In this document: positions 57,129 through 64,000 of the stretch, piece by piece
Numbering within the stretch: the stretch's first letter is position 1
How the letters are laid out: each line of letters begins with the position of its first letter
Origin: the human T2T-CHM13v2.0 reference genome, Homo sapiens
DNA length: 64,000 nt
NCBI RefSeq assembly: GCF_009914755.1
Contig: NC_060935.1
Direction: 5' to 3' (one strand)
Notes under the pieces: generated by a model
Databases searched by the model: none
Seen by the model: the letters and a program-made list of their open reading frames with translations, nothing else
Told to the model about the DNA's origin: nothing
Translations under genes and position numbers: made by a program

Positions 57129-58647
57129 TTAAAGTTCATGTGGAACCAAAAAAGAGCCTGCATTGCCAAGTCAATCCTAAGCCAAAAGAACAAAGCTGGA
57201 GGCATCACGCTACCTGACTTTAAAGTATACTACAAGGCTACAGTAACCAAAACAGCATGGTACTACTACCAAAACAGAGATATAGACCAATGGAACAGAG
57301 CAGAGCCCTCAGAAATAATGCCACATATCTACAACTGTCTGATCTTTGACAAACATGACAAAAACAAGAAATGGGGAAATGATTCCCTTTTAAATAAATG
57401 GTGCTGGGAAAACTGGCTAGCCATATGTAGAAAGCTGAAACTGAATCCCTTCCTTATACCTTACACAAAAATTAATTCAAGATGGATTAAAGACTTAAAT
57501 GTTAGACCTAAAACCATAAAAACCCTAGAAGAAAACCTAGGCAATACCATTCAGGACATAGGCATGGGCAAGGACTTCATGTCTAAAACACCAAAAGCAA
57601 TGGCAACAAAAGCCAAAATTGACAAGTGGGTTCTAATTAAACTAAAGAGCTTCTGCACAGCAAAAGAGACTACCATCAGAGTGAACAGGCAACCTACAGA
57701 ATGGGAGAAAATTTTTGCAATCTACTCATCTGACAAAGGGCTAATATCCAGAATCTACAATGAACTCCAACAAATTTACAAGAAAAAAACAACCCCATCA
57801 AAAAGGAGGTGAAGGATATGAACAGACACTTCTCAAAAGAAGACATTTATGCAGCCAAAAGACACATGAAAAAATGCTCATCATCACTGGCCATCAGAGA
57901 AATGCAAATCAAAACCACAATGAGATACCATCTCACACCAGTTAGAATGGCGATCATTAAAAAGTCAGGAATCAACAGGTGCTGGAGAGGATGTGGAGAA
58001 ATAGGAACACCTTTACACTGTTGGTGGGACTGTAAACTAGTTCAACCATTGTGGAAGTCAGTGTGGCGATTCCTCAGGGATCTAGAACTAGAAATACCAT
58101 TTGACCCAGCCATCCCATTACTGGGTATATACCCAAAGGATTATAAATCATGCTGCTATAAAGACACATGCACACGTACGTTTATTGTAGCACTATTCAC
58201 AATAGCAAAGACTTGGAACCAACCCAAATGTCCAACAATAATAGAATGGATTAAGAAAATGTGGCACATGTACACCATGGAATACTATGCAGCCATAAAA
58301 AATGATGAGTTCATGTCCTTTGTAGGGACATGGATGAAGCTGGAAACCATCATTCTCAGCAAACGATTGCAAGGACCAAAAACCAAACACAGCATGTTCT
58401 CACTCATAGGTGGGAATTGAACAATGAGAACACATGGGCACAGGAAGGGGAACATCACACTCTGGGGACTGTTGTGGGGTGGGGGAAGGGGGGTGGGATA
58501 GCGTTCGGAGATATACCTACTGTTAAATGGTGAGTTACTGGGTGCAGCACACCAACGTGGCGCATGTATACATATGTAAATAACCTGCACATTGTGCACA
58601 TGTACCCTAAAACTTAAAGTATAATTTAAAAAAAAGGAAAAAAAAAA
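57129..58647 (+). mobile_element. 5'-truncated young L1PA (approx. PA3-5) in the pseudogene 3' UTR
   Basis: ORFs 57138-57812 and 57809-58420 are ORF2 C-terminus split by a frameshift; poly-A; perfect TSD agaaaactcaagagt. Confidence 0.95.
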
Positions 58648-60111
58648 AGAAAACTCAAGAGTGGAAAATGTTACCTTGTAGTTCACACTCTTTTAATCCC
58701 TTAGTCCCATAAAATTAACATTCTAAAGTGTAAGCAGTAGAAATAATGTAAACTCTATTGAAACTTAAGTAAATTATTTTTTTTCAGACTTGGTGGAGGT
58801 CCTTTTGCTGAACACTATACTCTGTTGTGAATAGGATACACCTTCAATGAGGAAGAAATCCTTGACCTATTTCACCATTTCTCCAACATTGCATAAAGGA
58901 CATTTTTAAAATTCAGTTTCTTCTCTAACTGCAGCAAAAAGGCAAGGAGGAGTCTGTTTCAGGAACCTGAATCAATTCCTATGAAAGCCTTGTTCACTTA
59001 GAACAAGGCTTTAATTTGTTCTGTTTCCATATCAAGGTCTATGTCATGAAAGCAGGGCCAAGTGGCAGTCCTGGCACGATGCTCATCGTTCTAACCAAAG
59101 GGCCAATGAACCCAGCACCTATGCTGGCCTTGACATCACTGAGAGGTACAATGAAGTCCCTTGGCACACTTTTTTTTGTCAGGTTGGTGAGACAGAGAAA
59201 GGTGGGTCCTTGCCATGCAGATGGGCAAATTTCTGAAACCCTGTTGAGTGTTAACAATCTATTTTGGTTTGTGCCTCAGGAGAGAGCTGGATATCGTTGG
59301 CTCCATAGACAGCCAGGGCCATGGTTCTTATCTTTTCCACAATTGGAAGCTGAACATCATACGGGAAATGGAATCAACTTCTTTTACTTGCAGCTTCTCT
59401 CAAAGCCCAAGCCAAGTCCGCAACCGTTTTCTACCAACTGACCAGTGATAGCAAGGGACTGCATCAAAGGCACCAGCCCGTTTTGTGAGCTCACACACCA
59501 AGTCAATCTCAGCACCGGTGTGGAACTTGAAGACCTTCAGAGTCACCATAATGGGAACCCCAAAGAGCTGAGCAATCTGAATTTGCTGCTAGAGGTTACG
59601 GCAGCCATCTGCCACCAACTGGATGTTCTTTTCTTTATGTTCTTTCTTCAGAGGAACACCAGCAGTTACACTTGGCCCGCCACTGTGCATCTTCAGAGCT
59701 TGCACCGTTGCCACCAACACAACCACACTGGGCACCAAGCTGGAAGCTTGACACTTGTTGAAAAATTTCTCCATTTCAATGTCAGCACCAAAGCCAGCTT
59801 CAGTCACTACAAATCCTTCTTCACCAACCAGTTTCAGGGCAATTTTGTCAGCCAACACTGAAGAATTGCCATGGGTGATGTTAGCAAAAGGGCCCACGTG
59901 CATGAATACAGGTGTCCATTCCAGGGTCTGCATCAGATGGCCACCACCATCCTTCCCAGCCATGTCTTCATGTCTGAGAGGCTGTTCATAAGGGCCAGCA
60001 CCACCATGATCTCGCTGGCCACCACGATATCAAACAGCGTTTGCCAAGAGGAGCCTTTCTCTGTGTTTGCCTGCCTGATGGTTATTTTTTGTAGAAATCA
60101 GTTGTTTGTAT

Positions 60112-60858
60112 TTTTTTAATTAAATTTTTTTATTTCCATAGGTTATTGGGGAACAAGTGGTGTTTGGTTACATGAGTAAGTTCTTTAGTGGTGATCTGTG
60201 ACAAAACGGGGCAGCCTGTGGCACTGATGATTTGGGGGTGACTGGTGCTTTGACAGTTTTGATGAAAGATGCAATGAAATCAAATCTGTGAGATTTTGGT
60301 GCACCCATCACCCGAGCAGTATACTCTGCACCCAATTTGTAGTCTTTTGTCCCTCATCCCCTTCCCACCCTTTCTCCCTGAGTCCCCAAAGTCCATTGTG
60401 TCATTCTTATGCCTTTGCATCCTCATAGCTTAGTTTCCACATATCAGTGAGAACGTATGATGTTTGGTTTTCCATTCCTGAGTTACTTCACTTTGAATAA
60501 TAGTCTCCAATCTCATCCAGGTTGCTGAGAATGCCATTAATTCATTCCTTTTTATGGCCGAGTAGTATTCCATCATATATATATTAGTTTCTTTACCCAC
60601 TTGTTGATTGATGGGCTTTTGGTTGGTTCCACATTTTTGCAATTGTGAATTGTGCTGCTATAAACATGTGTGTGCAAGTATCTTTTTTGTAAAATGACCT
60701 CTTTTCCTCTGGGTAGATACCCAGTAGTGGGATTGCCAGATCAAATGGTAGTTCTACTTTTAGTTCTTTAAGGAATCTCCACAGTGTTTTCCATAGTAGT
60801 TGTACTTGTTTACATTCCCACCGGCAGTGTAGATCACTGTATCCATGCCAACATCTAT
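60112..60858 (-). mobile_element. 5'-truncated L1PB fragment inserted in the pseudogene coding region
   Basis: ccataggttattggggaacaagtgg 3' end; long degenerate TSD tttttgtagaaatc.gt..ttt.tat. Confidence 0.9.
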
Positions 60859-63082
60859 TTTTTTTGTAGAAATCGGTCATTTTTATTCAATACTCTCTGC
60901 CATGCGATGGTGGAAGGGTCGGCGTCGAGGCAGGCAAATTTACTCATTTCCTCTTCTGTCAGTGTGCTTGGATCTGTCTTATTTATTCCCAGTTTTTTTT
61001 TAGTCAAGTAATCAGAGAATTTCTGAAAATTCTGTGACACCATTCATTAAATGAATCAGCTGATTATACAGAGCCTTGTCTGTGCATTTTCATGCAGAAT
61101 CCTTGGGTCGATGACAGCAGCTGGTGAATTATTGGCAACTGTGATGGCATGGATATCTCCAGTCAAGTGAAGGTTGAACTCTTCCATGGGATGACCAGGG
61201 CATATCCACTACCCATGACTCCTTCTTTCCACTCCAAAAGTCGGTCCTTGGGAAGGTTGCCTCATACAGGCAAAAGAGGTGACATGCAGATGCATGGTCA
61301 GAGCCTGCACAGCCCAGTCATAACTGTGCTCTTCCCTTCTCCTAGAGGAGTGGGCGTGATCCCAGTGACTAAGATGTATTTTCCATCTGCTTGATCCTTT
61401 ATCCTTTCTAGCACAGACAAAAACTTTGTCTTTACTTTTGCCATTGATTTTAATTTCATCTGCAAGCAATCCCAACTCATTATGGGTAAATGGATCAGTA
61501 GAAAGGTCTGCTTGACTCCATTTGGAACTCCTGCAGTCTGGACTGCCAGCCTCTCCCATCCCATCCCATATGGCCCACCTCCCTGTAATCAATTGTTGTT
61601 GTGGACCTTTAAATGTCCACTGTGAGCCTAGGTTCAATGTCAAGCAATGTGAGAGTGTATTGTGGGGCTTTATAAATGAAGAAAAAGGTATATCAGAATG
61701 TCATCCAAGGCTCACCATGGCCTGACCACAATTGACTTTTTTCTTTCATATATTTTTAAATCACAGTGGTTATTGCATTCATATGTATACTTTCATTCCA
61801 ACAACAGAGAAGTGCATAAAAAGTGAAAGTCTCCCGAGTCTCTTTCTCGAAAAGCCACTACTTGCTACACTTTCCATTCTTATTTGATGATGATTATTAG
61901 CTGTGAATAGTCAGCTTATATTTGTGTTTTGCATTTATTAGTATTATCAAGTGGATCAACTTATTTTTCTTATAAGATGTAAGTAGCACACATAGAATAT
62001 CTTTCTCTACTTCATGATATTTGTTGTTTATTTTTATTTAGTATAAATATTAAAATTTTCTAGTCTTATTTCATATGACTTCCCTTCATTTAAGTTATTT
62101 TAATTAGAAACTATTTCAGATATTCAGAAAACTTCTTCAATATATTTGTCTTTGAGGAGAGTGCATGGAATTTTGAGGATCTGGAATAGGATGTCAACTT
62201 TCAATATATGCAGGAAAAGAATTTGTTTGATATGTGTGAGTGTACTATTTTCAAAATAAATTTTCAAACACAAAAAATAAATTTAATGATGTAGCTAAAA
62301 GAAAGGTAAAAATTTGAAAAGATATGACAGAAAGAGAAAGTTAATTGGTGGTGAGAAACTTAAGAAAATGAGTATAGAAAACTCTTCTGAAGAGATTTTC
62401 TGTAAAGGAAATAAGAGAAACCAGGTCATGGATGCATGGATGGAGGAGAATGTGGACTAAGGTGGTGATTTAAGCCAGGGGATGGGATAGCCTGTTTGTG
62501 CTTCACCGGAATGATCCAATAGAAAGAAGCAAAGGGAGACGTGGTCATTATGCACAGTGTTTCAGTGCAGAGAGGGGTGTTTTCTTTATCAAAGTGGTGG
62601 TATTTTAGCAGCTGGTGTTTTCTTTATCAAGGTAATAATGCATTCAGGTGTATATTTTCTTTACAAATGGCAGAGAAGTGAATTCAAGGTCAAAGTGTCC
62701 TTGAATCCTATTCTCCAGAGGCCACCACTTGCCATAGTTTACTTTTTTTTTTATTATTATCAGCTCTGAATAATACACTTATATTTCATTTTAATTTGTC
62801 AGTATGAACAAGTGGACCAATTGATTTCTTTTACACAATGTAAAGAGTTCAGCACTCTTATTTTCTTTCTCTGTCTATTTAATGTCATTTGTTCTTTATA
62901 TTTGTTAGTTGTGAATTTTCATAATTTTATGTCTTTCCTCTTATGCTTGCATTCTTCTGCCTCATGCTACAGCCAAATCAAGCCACTTGCATTTTAAATA
63001 ATACAATTTGAATTAGATTCTATTTCAAAAACTGAGAAAAGTTCCTTAATGGATTATTTCAGCAAATATGTAATAAGGACTT

Positions 63083-63439
63083 TGTTACAGGCAGTATTTT
63101 GTCTCTACAATGTTCATATGCTAATGTTCTAACACCTAAGTCAGAATGCTGCTGTATAATATTTGAAAACAGGCACTTCAAGGATGTAAGTAAGTTAAAA
63201 AGAGGCTGTTAGCTTGGGCCTTAATTCAACAGAACTGGTGGTCCTATAATAGGAGATTAGGACACAGACACACAGAGGTAAGACCATGTGAAGAGACAGG
63301 GAAGAGAAGATGCCATCCAACCCTGCCCACACCTTAATCTCAGACTTCTAGCCTCCAAAGTTGTGAGAAAATGAAGTTGTGTGGTTTAAGCCACCCAGTT
63401 TGTGGTACCTTGTTGTGGCAGTCATAGAAAACTAATAGA
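63083..63439 (+). mobile_element. MLT1A/B solo LTR
   Basis: ggagattaggacacagacacacagagg...cagacttctagcctcc...tttaagccacccagtttgtgg...aaactaata. Confidence 0.85.
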
Positions 63440-63739
63440 GATGTACCATGTCTTAGGATTTTTTTCAGGCACTTGAGTTGCAGTTGTGAATAAAACTATA
63501 CCATGGGCTTCTGGAGTTTATTTCCAAAGGGCTGAATGAATGCCCTCAGAAAGTAAATACAGACTGAAAAGAGAAGAGGTCTGAAGTGTCTTCATCCATG
63601 AAACATCTGGAGAAGCTGGATCCAGCAAACCATCCATAGAGAAACTTACCAATGGAGAAAAAGTCTTAGAATTAGACAGAAATACATATGAGAATGTGGT
63701 ATATGATAAAGGTTGCATGTCAAAATTTTGAGGAAAACA

Positions 63740-64000
63740 TGTAAAGAAGCAATTGTGGGGGAGGGAAGAAAGCTAGGAAGTACAGTGTTTGATAATTTTA
63801 AGCCATGGAGTTATTGGTTGGTAATAGTGTCAGTAGCGGCTGAGCAGTTATAAAATTGACCCTTGGTGAGAAGCATGGGAGTCATTGCTGATGTCAATGT
63901 GGTTGCAGAGGAAGAATGGCCCAAACACTAACTGGAGAAGGTGTACAAGAGAATGGCAGGTGGTGTGATGGGACTCCTGGACACCACAGACTCCAGCTGA
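63740..64000 (-). mobile_element. Probable L2 fragment
   Basis: Purine-rich ttgacccttggtgagaagcatgggagtcattg motif typical of antisense L2. Confidence 0.4.

Larger units (their letters stand above)
57070..61482 (-). pseudogene. MTHFD1L: 5'-truncated processed pseudogene of MTHFD1L (formyl-THF synthetase domain plus 3' UTR), interrupted by two L1s; symbol refers to the parent gene
   Basis: Intronless [76 protein letters not shown]-stop at 58998; UTR-like sequence continues across the L1PA to ~57070. Confidence 0.92.

Noticed and set aside
57138-58420. Longest ORFs (224 and 203 aa) as a host gene
   Set aside because: They are the frameshifted C-terminus of L1 ORF2 in a 5'-truncated element with TSD and poly-A.

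Overview
Primate (very likely human) repeat-dense genomic DNA with no intact protein-coding gene; all family and subfamily calls are by eye, with no searches run. It holds three MAS-related GPCR (MRGPR/MRGPRX-family) pseudogenes or remnants: 24227-25177 (+), 48074-48345 (-) and 51564-52524 (-). This suggests the MRGPRX cluster, in human on 11p15.1 (inferred). It also holds a 5'-truncated processed pseudogene of MTHFD1L (57070-61482, -) interrupted by two L1s. Most of the rest is nested L1 (L1MA, L1PB, L1PA), Alu, MaLR LTRs, DNA-transposon relics and one 4.4-kb provirus. Notable: (1) that provirus is a class II/class I hybrid (HERV-K-type LTRs, Lys PBS, gag start and integrase tail around HERV-W/HERV17-like gag-pro-RNaseH pieces); (2) five independent short (90-245 bp) locally templated insertions, all inside L1 sequence, including one where a piece missing from the MTHFD1L pseudogene reappears inverted 260 bp away; (3) duplicated MRGPR upstream modules, including a candidate TATA-bearing block that brackets the pseudogene.
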